DNA of 64,000 nt from Candidatus Melainabacteria bacterium 17Bon1m (GTDB taxonomy: Bacteria; Cyanobacteriota; Vampirovibrionia; Obscuribacterales; Obscuribacteraceae), in the NCBI GenBank assembly GCA_032128875.1, contig JAVLKG010000006.1:256001-320000 (forward strand). The letters are read 5' to 3'. The translations under genes and the position numbers were made by a program. A model generated the notes under the pieces. The model was given only the letters and a program-made list of their open reading frames with translations. It made no database searches and was not told the origin of the DNA. Of the stretch, positions 55,606 to 64,000 are shown in pieces. Numbering within the stretch: the stretch's first letter is position 1; each line of letters starts with the position of its first letter.

Positions 55606-57633
55606 ATGGCTTCGAAGCCGCGCAAAGAGAAAGTGGTGGCGCCTTTGGTGGCATCACTAATTACGTCCTTAATTGCACCGACTTTCTTTTTGCCCCTGCC
55701 TGCAAAAAGCTCGCCCGGAATTCCAGAGTGCGCATCAGAAACTTTGATAACTGCGTCGCGTGCTTTGATTGCAGCCAATCATGATAATCATACGAATTCG
55801 CCTAACCCGCAAGGAATTCAGCACAATCACACGTACATCGACGTCAATTCCACAGAACAAGAAATTATCCAAACTGCGTTAGACGGAAAGCTCCTCGACG
55901 CAGAGAAAATGCTTGAGCGTGAGGTCAGCCAAGAGAAGGACAAAGAAAAGAAGATTGGGCTTTTCTACATGCTCGCGGCGCTCGAAAAGATGCAGGAAAA
56001 AAGCGGTGAAGCGCGGCGCCATCTGGAGGTGGTTTTGCATCACCAGCCCCCTGCAATTGACAGCACTGGTCAATTGCGGCATGCGCTGTTGCTCAAAAGA
56101 ATTGGTGACTGCTATTACGGTGAGCGAAAGTATAGCGACGCGCTTGCAAGTTACAACGCTGCGTTGATCATTTCGTCTGCTTTGCCAATAGGTTCTCGCA
56201 TCCTTGCGGACCTTTACGAGTCTGCGATGGGCATTTTGATTATTGAAAAACGCTACACAGATGCGCAATCCTATGCGGAAAAATTCCTTGCCGTAGCGAA
56301 AGAACGCGCTAAATCCGGGCTCTGGGATGATGCCGGAGTTTTATTTTGGGCGCAATTGCAAATGCTCAATCTTTATCGTCACATGAAAAATCCGCCTGAC
56401 ACTGAGCCGATCCGGCAGGAAGTTTCTGCGTCAATCGAAAAATTGATGAATTATCGATTCAGCTTGGAGTCGCATGGCAAACTGCCTCCACTCTCCGAGC
56501 GCAAGGAGATTTTCGAAAAGCACTACATTGCCGAATTCGCGCCGCAGACCGCTGCTGAATATATCTGGTTAGCCGGCGAATTTCGCCTGCGTACAATGCC
56601 TGTTATCGGATGGATGCCAACGCAGCAAAAAACAAAAGCTGCGATTCTTTGTGTGCATGGGCTCGGTTTGGACAACCAAGCATTTACACCGTTTGGCTTG
56701 AAAATGTCGGCAAATGGTTACGCAGTTTATTCGATGGATGTTCGTGGCTTTGGTGCCTGGCTCACTACTCCTGGTCAGGAAGATTTGCGATTGAACGAAG
56801 CGATTAACGATGTCGGAAGCATCCTCGGTTTGATATCGCAAAGACACGGTGGCGTGCCGATTTACTTGCTTGGTGAATCAATGGGTGGCGCGATCGCACT
56901 GCGCGCAGGGGCGAAGTATTCCAAGGATTTGCACGGGGTGATTTCCTCTGTTCCGTCTGCTGAAAGATTTCAGGCCAAGAAAATGGGACTTACCGTTGCT
57001 GTTCATTTTTTGAAAAACCCCAATAAGCCGTTCAGAGTTGGTGACATGGTAGTTCAGCAGGCATCAGCTATTCCGCGGGTTAGAGAAGCGTGGCATGATG
57101 ATCTGAAAGCAAAAATGGAAATGTCTCCGAAAGAGCTTATGCGATTTGCTGTTTTCATGCGCGAGACGAAGTTTTCGTGCGCGAAATTGAATGACCTGCC
57201 TGTATTTTTTGTTCAAGGACTTAAGGACAAGCTTGTTAAACCTAAAGGAACATACGAACTGTTCGAAGCTGTGACCTGCGAAGACAAAAACCTCTTTATC
57301 ATCGGCTCTGAGGAGCATTTGATTTTTGAGACTTTCAACCAGTCCGGTATGCTTCTTGAAGCTATTACTGCATGGATGGATAAACATTCAGCACCCAGAG
57401 TGGACGACACAAAAAATGCATCGGCGTCGAATGCGCCGGGGGCATCTTCTGCTAGCGCGGCATCTGTGAATAAAGCTTCTCCTGACTCCGGCGATCGATG
57501 GGAGCCCGCAAGTTCGTCATCCCAGGTTCCGTCTGGTGTGCCGCTCAACGACACCGCTTTGGGCGTTTCGACAGCGAAAAAACACAGGTCGAAGCACAAG
57601 CAGAAAGAACCGAAAACTTCAGCGGCACCCTAG
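55606..57633 (+). CDS. Exported TPR plus alpha/beta-hydrolase (lysophospholipase/monoglyceride lipase-like) fusion; start uncertain
   Basis: CVHGLG, MDVRGFG, nucleophile GESMGG, QGLKDKLV, EEHLI; TPR-like helices in the N-terminal half. Confidence 0.85.
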   Translation: MASKPRKEKVVAPLVASLITSLIAPTFFLPLPAKSSPGIPECASETLITASRALIAANHDNHTNSPNPQGIQHNHTYIDVNSTEQEIIQTALDGKLLDAEKMLEREVSQEKDKEKKIGLFYMLAALEKMQEKSGEARRHLEVVLHHQPPAIDSTGQLRHALLLKRIGDCYYGERKYSDALASYNAALIISSALPIGSRILADLYESAMGILIIEKRYTDAQSYAEKFLAVAKERAKSGLWDDAGVLFWAQLQMLNLYRHMKNPPDTEPIRQEVSASIEKLMNYRFSLESHGKLPPLSERKEIFEKHYIAEFAPQTAAEYIWLAGEFRLRTMPVIGWMPTQQKTKAAILCVHGLGLDNQAFTPFGLKMSANGYAVYSMDVRGFGAWLTTPGQEDLRLNEAINDVGSILGLISQRHGGVPIYLLGESMGGAIALRAGAKYSKDLHGVISSVPSAERFQAKKMGLTVAVHFLKNPNKPFRVGDMVVQQASAIPRVREAWHDDLKAKMEMSPKELMRFAVFMRETKFSCAKLNDLPVFFVQGLKDKLVKPKGTYELFEAVTCEDKNLFIIGSEEHLIFETFNQSGMLLEAITAWMDKHSAPRVDDTKNASASNAPGASSASAASVNKASPDSGDRWEPASSSSQVPSGVPLNDTALGVSTAKKHRSKHKQKEPKTSAAP

Positions 57634-57730
57634 AGCGAAGTGCTGCACCTGTGGGCGATACGGGGTTTGCAATGAAAGTGAAACAACTCTCATTTAACCT
57701 TTCATATAACCCCACCCAGGATGCTCACCG

Positions 57731-60199
57731 ATGGCACAACGATTTGATCAGGTCCCTGCTTCCGACCCGCCAGTCAAATTTACATACAACGAGAAAAATC
57801 CTTCGCAGTCTTATCTGTGCGAAGACAACATGTGCAAGCAGGTTTCACCCTCGCAGTTTAAGGCAGAACATCCTCAAGAATATGCCGATTACGTCAAAAT
57901 GCATCCTGAGTACAAGCAAAGGATGGACGCGTTTGACCGCACTAACCCTGGCGTCCAAGGATTGCCGCTGACTACCATTGATGGACTGCTCGACAGTCGA
58001 AAGCCTGGACCAAAGGTCAGGCTCAAGGAAGGATCGGCCGACGCAGAGGGTCGTATTCCTTTGGTACTGGATCCCAAACTGAAGGGAAAGCTGGATGATC
58101 TGGTCATTCCTATTCAGCATCTGGAATTGCAAGGACCACCGGAGCAAGGCGATTCGTCTGTTCGTATGTTGCCGCTTGATTCCACCAGGTCGCAATATCG
58201 GCTCGATTCGAATCCGCGCACTCTCAAACTTGATGCAAATGGGCGCCTTCAGTTTGATGACAGTGGCGACCTCAATTTTGATCCAAACCGTCGCCTCCAA
58301 TTCGACAAAGACGGTCGCATTCAACTGAGAATTCGCCCCGATGGCAGCGACTTCAGAGGACCTTCAAATCCCGATGATCCATTGTCACTACTAAGAGATC
58401 CGCGCGACAGATATGGCTCATATGGGCGTACCCCGCAGAGGCGCGATGTGCTCGAGGAGCTGCTCGATCCACTAAGCAGAAGTAGAACGAGATTTCCGCT
58501 CGATCCTTTTGGCAGTAATAGAAACGCTAATGGATTGGATGCCTTGCTAGATCCCTTTGGACAGCGTCGTAAGGACAATTTTGGTGGCAATCGCGACCAA
58601 TTCCCGCTTGATACTCGCTTGCGTTTGCCCGGCCAAAACGACGACGTGATGCCGTTGCGTTTGAACCGCGACATGAGTCCCGATCAGCTCAACGACTTGT
58701 ATAGAAGAGGCGGACTACAGGCGTTGCCCCCAGATGTTCGCAAGCAGATCATGGACCAGTTGAGCGCGGGACAAGTGCAGGTTGTTCCGTTAGAACTTCC
58801 TCAACCTGCGAAGCCTCCGGAAAAGCCTCCAGAAAAACAACCTGAGAAGCCACCAGAAAAACAATCTGAAAAGCCGCCTGAGAAACAGCCGGAGAAGCCG
58901 CCCGAAAAACAACCTGAAAAACCGGTGGAAAAGCCACTGCCGGAACAACCAGCTCAGCCAATCGATGGTCCAAAGCCTCCAACAGATTTGGAAAGACCTG
59001 TTGATGCGAAGGAGCAAGGCGAGAAGCTTGATGCCTTTGGCCAATCAATAAAAGATACAGGCGCGTTCACCATCGATAATTTTGGTGATGCATACAAAGA
59101 AGCGGCTAAGTCTGGTTCTGGTGTCGCAATTATGGTTGTCGGTCGCGGTATTCCAGGCAGTGAAGACGCTATAAAGAATGTTAAAAAGCTGCAGGAAGAA
59201 AATCCTAAACTCAAATTCCTAATTGTGGATCGCGACAAAATCGACGCCGCTGTTCAGGCTGATCCTAAGAATTCCAAAATGCAGGAATGGAAGAAGTGGA
59301 TCGACGAGAGCACCAAGGCATGCGGTGGTAGTGATAAGAACACCGTGCTCACCAGTGTTCAGTCCCTTAAGGCTGACTCTTCCGGATATCCGGCTCCGGA
59401 AAAGGTGACGAGTTTCCACTGGAACTCCAACATCAATCAAGACCTATTATCGAAAGCTGCACTTGCGAGCGATGCCACTGTTTCGCACGCTAAAGAGTTC
59501 AGACTGTCGATGGACGCGCAAAGTGCTACAGCTCTTGCCTCGCAAATAAGAGCAGCGAGAGAAGAAGCACTTGCAACTCCGGTCAACGCAATGCCTGGCT
59601 TGCAAGAGCGTCAAGCGAAGTTTGTCAAAGCGCTGCAAGCTGCATCGCAAGCACGTCCTGATTTGCTAGCTGAACGCCGCAAAGAAATAGACAAAATTGC
59701 TGACCTGGATGAACGAAATAGACAACTGGCAACTTTGTGGGAGCTGGAGAATGCCCCAAGACTTCTACGTGCAGAACTCGGTCTGGACATGGTGAGAAGC
59801 GCGAGCAGCTTACCTAAAGCTGAGAAGCAAGCGGCGATGAATCAAGCCGGTTTGGATGTCTTGAAAGATGCTTACAGAACGGCACCAGAGCTGAAGGACA
59901 ATCCTGAGTTTGCTGCTGCTCTCAAAGCCGCAGGAGTCAATGTCGAACAGTTGATCAAAGACTCTGAGACGGCACCACCAGTGACTTCGGATCAAATCAA
60001 GCAAAGACTAGAGAGTGCCTACTCGGCAGGTGACCCTGTTCGCGTGCAGGAGAAGAGAACCGAGTACAGAGGAAATCTGCCGCCCGAAACTCGCGCACGA
60101 GTCAGAGCGAGCGGAGGCTGCTGCTACAGCGATGCCTGCATTCGTCAGAAGTGCTGCTCAGGTGGTATTTGCCGCAGACTTTGCGGCGGACGCCGTTAA
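57731..60199 (+). CDS. Large hypothetical protein with LDP-type repeats, PEK(P/Q) tandem repeats and a Cys-rich C-terminal tail
   Basis: 822-aa ORF, no signal peptide; about 11 PEKx units near 58805-58945; ends GGCCYSDACIRQKCCSGGICRRLCGGRR. Confidence 0.75.
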   Translation: MAQRFDQVPASDPPVKFTYNEKNPSQSYLCEDNMCKQVSPSQFKAEHPQEYADYVKMHPEYKQRMDAFDRTNPGVQGLPLTTIDGLLDSRKPGPKVRLKEGSADAEGRIPLVLDPKLKGKLDDLVIPIQHLELQGPPEQGDSSVRMLPLDSTRSQYRLDSNPRTLKLDANGRLQFDDSGDLNFDPNRRLQFDKDGRIQLRIRPDGSDFRGPSNPDDPLSLLRDPRDRYGSYGRTPQRRDVLEELLDPLSRSRTRFPLDPFGSNRNANGLDALLDPFGQRRKDNFGGNRDQFPLDTRLRLPGQNDDVMPLRLNRDMSPDQLNDLYRRGGLQALPPDVRKQIMDQLSAGQVQVVPLELPQPAKPPEKPPEKQPEKPPEKQSEKPPEKQPEKPPEKQPEKPVEKPLPEQPAQPIDGPKPPTDLERPVDAKEQGEKLDAFGQSIKDTGAFTIDNFGDAYKEAAKSGSGVAIMVVGRGIPGSEDAIKNVKKLQEENPKLKFLIVDRDKIDAAVQADPKNSKMQEWKKWIDESTKACGGSDKNTVLTSVQSLKADSSGYPAPEKVTSFHWNSNINQDLLSKAALASDATVSHAKEFRLSMDAQSATALASQIRAAREEALATPVNAMPGLQERQAKFVKALQAASQARPDLLAERRKEIDKIADLDERNRQLATLWELENAPRLLRAELGLDMVRSASSLPKAEKQAAMNQAGLDVLKDAYRTAPELKDNPEFAAALKAAGVNVEQLIKDSETAPPVTSDQIKQRLESAYSAGDPVRVQEKRTEYRGNLPPETRARVRASGGCCYSDACIRQKCCSGGICRRLCGGRR

Positions 60200-60212
60200 A
60201 CCTTATAGGTGA

Positions 60213-60716
60213 CTAGTTGATGCGTTTTTGAAACCAAATCGAACTGATGTACTGACCGTGCTTCTGTGCGTATTCATCAAAGACGCCGACTTCTGAAAAT
60301 CCCATTGCTCTATGCAATGCAACCGAACCAGGATTTGGTAATGCAACGCCTGCTACAACCAGGTGCACTTTCTCGTCTCTAATTGCTTCGAAAAGCGCTG
60401 AGTAGAGTTTCTTTCCAACGCCCTTGCCGCGCGCCTTTTCAGTAAGATAAATTCCGAATTCCACCGTTTCGACAAACGCTGGATGGTCGCGATACTGGCG
60501 GCTTCCTGCACTGCCAATTACCTCTCCGTCTGTTTCAGCAACGAGTAGCCGATATGGTCCCGACGTCGAGTATTTCTCGAACCAGGGTTTGTAATCGTGA
60601 ATCGTCATTGGTTGCGTGTCAAACGCGATATTCGTGTTGACGATGTAATAGTTGTAGATTTCAGTCAGCAGCGGAAGGTCGCTTTCAACTGCCGGACGAA
60701 TAACGAGTGATTCCAC
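60213..60716 (-). CDS. GNAT N-acetyltransferase (phosphinothricin acetyltransferase/YncA-like)
   Basis: IYNYYI, RGKGVGKKLY, PNPGSVALHRAMGFSEVG. Confidence 0.9.
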   Translation of the reverse strand: MESLVIRPAVESDLPLLTEIYNYYIVNTNIAFDTQPMTIHDYKPWFEKYSTSGPYRLLVAETDGEVIGSAGSRQYRDHPAFVETVEFGIYLTEKARGKGVGKKLYSALFEAIRDEKVHLVVAGVALPNPGSVALHRAMGFSEVGVFDEYAQKHGQYISSIWFQKRIN

Positions 60717-60860
60717 GGGGTTGTGTCCTTGTAGACCGTTGAGCCAATCTGAATAGCGTGTTTTGCGCCAGTAAATGATATCCGCGCACGGCTGCCAAGA
60801 TAATGATCTTTTGATGAGAATTTGCGTTCAAGGGTTAAACCTGTGGCGGAATGATTTTAT

Positions 60861-62006
60861 GTGGCTATGCTAAACAAATTAACAGTTGGAATTGAGCAGA
60901 AGGGAGTTTGGTTGAAATCAACTTTGCAGAAGAAGTCATCAGCAAGAGTGTTTCGCCTTAGCGTTGTAGTTTGCTCGACAATTTTCCTCAGCAGCTGCAG
61001 CTTGATCGAAGAAAAGTTCAAAGAGCTGATGCGACCTTCGCCTATCGAACATCCTGGTCAGCCCCAGACCGGGCAAGCTGAAAAGCGTTGGCCAGAGCCT
61101 CCGCACTTTACGATTCCACCACCTACCAAAGAAGAACTAGCTGAAGTCGGGTTACCTGTTCCCCCCACATTTTTTGTTCCGCCTCCACAGAAGCCTAACA
61201 AGAAAGTTCGTGGACGCAAAAATCCAGTCAAGTTCGAGAAAAAAACAATTGATCGCATTCCGTTCTACCAAACCACAATTGATTTGACTGACTACGACAC
61301 ATATCTCTCCGTGCTTTTGCCGCACAATGCATCGCAGGCGAACAGCGCAGAAATCAGCTACGGCGCCGAGAATTTTGAATCCTTTGTGACATCGCATAGA
61401 GGGGCAGTTTTGATGAACGGAACTTTCTTCAGCAAAGACAAAGAACAGCGTGTGATGGGCAATCTTGTTGCCGATGGCAAAATACTCAAGTACAGCAGGT
61501 GGGAAAATTATGGCACCACACTTGGTATTAGAGCCGACAACAAGCTAGAGATGGTTACAGCCCGAGCAGAAGGACAACCTCAATGGGATAAGCATTGGTT
61601 TTCTCTGACTTGTGGTCCGCGTCTGTTGCGTCAAGGAGAAGTTTGGGTTCATCCTGATATTGAGGGTTTTACCGATTCACACGTTTTGACCATCGGACCG
61701 CGGCAGGCGATGGGATATCCGAAGAGCAAAGACAAGATTTATCTGGTCACTTTTTTGTACGGATTGTCACTAGAGAAAGAAGCCGAAATGATGAAAAAGA
61801 TTGGCTGCTACGAAGCGATGAACCTGGACGGTGGCGCATCCCGCGCGCTCGCTCACAATGGTTCTATCATCATCAAAGCTGGTCGCCCACTTACGAATGT
61901 TTTGATTGTTTATGACAAAACCCATCCGGCCCCGCAAAACACCGTGAAATCTTGGGACCACTTTCAGGAAATCAATCAAGTAGCCGAAGAAGAAGGCGCT
62001 AACTAA
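60861..62006 (+). CDS. Phosphodiester glycosidase (NAGPA-like) lipoprotein; start uncertain
   Basis: Lipobox LSSC; MNGTFF, CGPRLL, PRQAMG, AMNLDGGAS. Confidence 0.8.
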   Translation: MAMLNKLTVGIEQKGVWLKSTLQKKSSARVFRLSVVVCSTIFLSSCSLIEEKFKELMRPSPIEHPGQPQTGQAEKRWPEPPHFTIPPPTKEELAEVGLPVPPTFFVPPPQKPNKKVRGRKNPVKFEKKTIDRIPFYQTTIDLTDYDTYLSVLLPHNASQANSAEISYGAENFESFVTSHRGAVLMNGTFFSKDKEQRVMGNLVADGKILKYSRWENYGTTLGIRADNKLEMVTARAEGQPQWDKHWFSLTCGPRLLRQGEVWVHPDIEGFTDSHVLTIGPRQAMGYPKSKDKIYLVTFLYGLSLEKEAEMMKKIGCYEAMNLDGGASRALAHNGSIIIKAGRPLTNVLIVYDKTHPAPQNTVKSWDHFQEINQVAEEEGAN

Positions 62007-62110
62007 TTTAGTGACCCGGCTGGGTATATAGATTTGGCGCTATTGGGCTTTGTCTTTTGGATTGAAACAGGTTGTCGAACCAATAATGTTGATTGCCAGA
62101 CGGGTGAACT

Positions 62111-62785
62111 ATGAGTGCTGATGACGACAAAAGATTAGCCGCGTCTGCGGCCGTCGAATTAGTTGAAGATGGAATGGTGCTCGGCTTGGGCACTGGTTCT
62201 ACTGCAGTGTTTGCAGTAGAGATGCTTGGCGAGATGGTGAAGAAGGGATTGCGAATAAAGGGGGTTCCGACTTCGGATTCAACCGAAAAACTCGCCAAAA
62301 GCGTCGGTATTCCAATCGTGACGCTGGACGAGTTTCCACAACTTGATTTGGACATTGATGGCGCAGATGAAGTAGAACCGACGCTGTGTTTGATAAAAGG
62401 CGGAGGTGGTGCGCTCCTTCGCGAGAAGATTGTGGCGTATGCTTCTAGGCGAGTTGTGATTATTGTGGACGAGAAAAAGCTGGTGGACAAGCTTGGGAAG
62501 TTTCACCTGCCAATTGAGGTTGTTCCATTCTCTCGTGGGTTGATTCAAGAGACGATCAAGAAGATGGGCGCATCCAGCGTGGTTAGAGAGAGAAATGGAC
62601 AGGTGTTTCGCACCGACGAAAACAACTTGATTTTGGATTGTGACTTCGGTTTGATTGACGATCCCCGCGCACTAGGACAGCAACTCTCCTTGATACCTGG
62701 AGTTGTGGAACATGGCTTGTTCTTGGATATGGTTGAGCGTGTCATCATCGGTGGTGACGGAAAAGTTAAAACACTTTCGCGATAG
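62111..62785 (+). CDS. rpiA: Ribose-5-phosphate isomerase A
   Basis: GLGTGST, IDGADEV, IKGGGGALLREKIVA, LPIEVVPF, IPGVVEHGLF. Confidence 0.97.
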   Translation: MSADDDKRLAASAAVELVEDGMVLGLGTGSTAVFAVEMLGEMVKKGLRIKGVPTSDSTEKLAKSVGIPIVTLDEFPQLDLDIDGADEVEPTLCLIKGGGGALLREKIVAYASRRVVIIVDEKKLVDKLGKFHLPIEVVPFSRGLIQETIKKMGASSVVRERNGQVFRTDENNLILDCDFGLIDDPRALGQQLSLIPGVVEHGLFLDMVERVIIGGDGKVKTLSR

Positions 62786-62792
62786 ACGCTTT

Positions 62793-63746
62793 CTATGACG
62801 CTGTAACAGCTTCTCTCGTGCCTACTTTTTCTAGAACAGCTTGTGTGGGCGGGCTGTATTTGTCGACGCGCGTGAAATCAGGATGGAAGAGTCTCGTTAT
62901 CCATGCTGGTTGTGCAGCGCTGGTGCCCAGTGATATCACAATGTGTACTAGTGCACCCCACGTGAAAAACTGGAAGAATTCGAACTGCGTGAAGCAGTGC
63001 ACTGGCAGTGGACTGTAGGGTGACAGCAAGACTATTAACGCAGTCAATATGATGTTAGCGCTGACAAAAATCATCAAGGGCTTCGTCTGTTTGTAAGAAA
63101 TCATCTTCCAGCTAGGGTAAACGACCCAGAAAAGCACATGGTAAAAAATGAAGTTAGCTAGGTTGACTGGATGTATGAGACCCATCAGTACAAAAGCCAG
63201 ACCGAGTGATTCAAATGCGCACACCTTCGTCATTTGCTCTTTAGTAAGGAACTTTCTGTGTCTGAACAAAAAGTAGCCGTACACGCATGCGCTTATTACA
63301 TAGCCACTCCAGTAGAAGAGTTCTGCTTCGTGCTTATGCCCAAAGTGCGGAGATCGTGTTGACGCAAAAAATACAAATGTGTTGCAGACAATTGAAGCGA
63401 CTCTAAGTAGTTTTGTTTGGCTCCAAAGTTTTGGCATTACATTCTCAAACATCAAATAGACTTCACTGAAGACGTAGTGAATGCCGAATGCAATGAAGAG
63501 AAGCGTTGGATTTTCTAGGCTGGCAAGAAGAACGGATGCACCAATTAGAAGCATGAAATATGTAGCGGTTGAAGGACGCTTCATAGCGTCGACCACATAC
63601 TTCTTGGAGTACGGAACGGCTAGTAAATAATGCGCGATTGTGAGCGGCATTGAAAAAACCGCAAATGCCATCGGCTTGAAAAAAAACAGCGGTATAGCGA
63701 CCGCGAAGAGAAAACTGAAAAGGCGTAGTATCAAATATGATGGCAT
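62793..63746 (-). CDS. Hypothetical polytopic membrane protein with His residues in TM helices
   Basis: About ten hydrophobic segments; AHY, GIHYVFSE, FYHVLFW, LVHI. Confidence 0.7.
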   Translation of the reverse strand: MPSYLILRLFSFLFAVAIPLFFFKPMAFAVFSMPLTIAHYLLAVPYSKKYVVDAMKRPSTATYFMLLIGASVLLASLENPTLLFIAFGIHYVFSEVYLMFENVMPKLWSQTKLLRVASIVCNTFVFFASTRSPHFGHKHEAELFYWSGYVISACVYGYFLFRHRKFLTKEQMTKVCAFESLGLAFVLMGLIHPVNLANFIFYHVLFWVVYPSWKMISYKQTKPLMIFVSANIILTALIVLLSPYSPLPVHCFTQFEFFQFFTWGALVHIVISLGTSAAQPAWITRLFHPDFTRVDKYSPPTQAVLEKVGTREAVTAS

Positions 63747-64000
63747 GCAAACGCCGGCTTAATTGAGGCGTCACGATTATACCGTGAGGGCGTAAAGCCT
63801 CACAGGTTCAGCATCTTATGCTGGACATGCGAGGTTCTGTAGCAAGGCGCCAATCAATGCTTTGCAACCAATTAGAATCGCTTAAACCTTCGCAGGTTCA
63901 ACAATTTGCTTGATGTCAAGCGTGCCTATGCTACCTTTTCGCTATCAAATGAATCAAACTCGTTAAAGGAATCACCGTAAATGTATTTGTGATTCCATTC

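Overview
A gene-dense, moderate-GC bacterial chromosomal segment with about 50 protein-coding genes. I see no rRNA, tRNA, CRISPR array, transposase or phage genes. The gene style (many TPR, EF-hand and secreted orphan proteins, PAS/hybrid kinases, a stand-alone rpsD) suggests a non-photosynthetic cyanobacterial relative such as Vampirovibrionia/Obscuribacterales; this is inference only. Recognisable genes include rpsD, hemH, fhs, rpiA, an ACMSD-like amidohydrolase, a UDG-family protein, MscS, a MarR-RND efflux operon, a DUF1800/DUF1501 pair and two-component proteins. Top finding: the two ORFs 16795-17343 and 17368-18138 are one reading frame split only by an in-frame UGA directly after a Cys codon (GHLDDRFC-U-TNAR). 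A bacterial SECIS-like hairpin follows, so this is a candidate exported thioredoxin-fold selenoprotein resembling the eukaryotic selenoprotein N active site. Other highlights: three tandem copies of a PhoB/OmpR-type box, each followed exactly 10 nt later by a TAnnnT -10 element and apparently driving two small structured RNAs plus an EF-hand gene; a lone diiron enzyme plus TetR with a PaaR-type operator; a (CTTT)10 microsatellite; and dispersed REP-like palindromes, including a 39-bp array with covarying stems.
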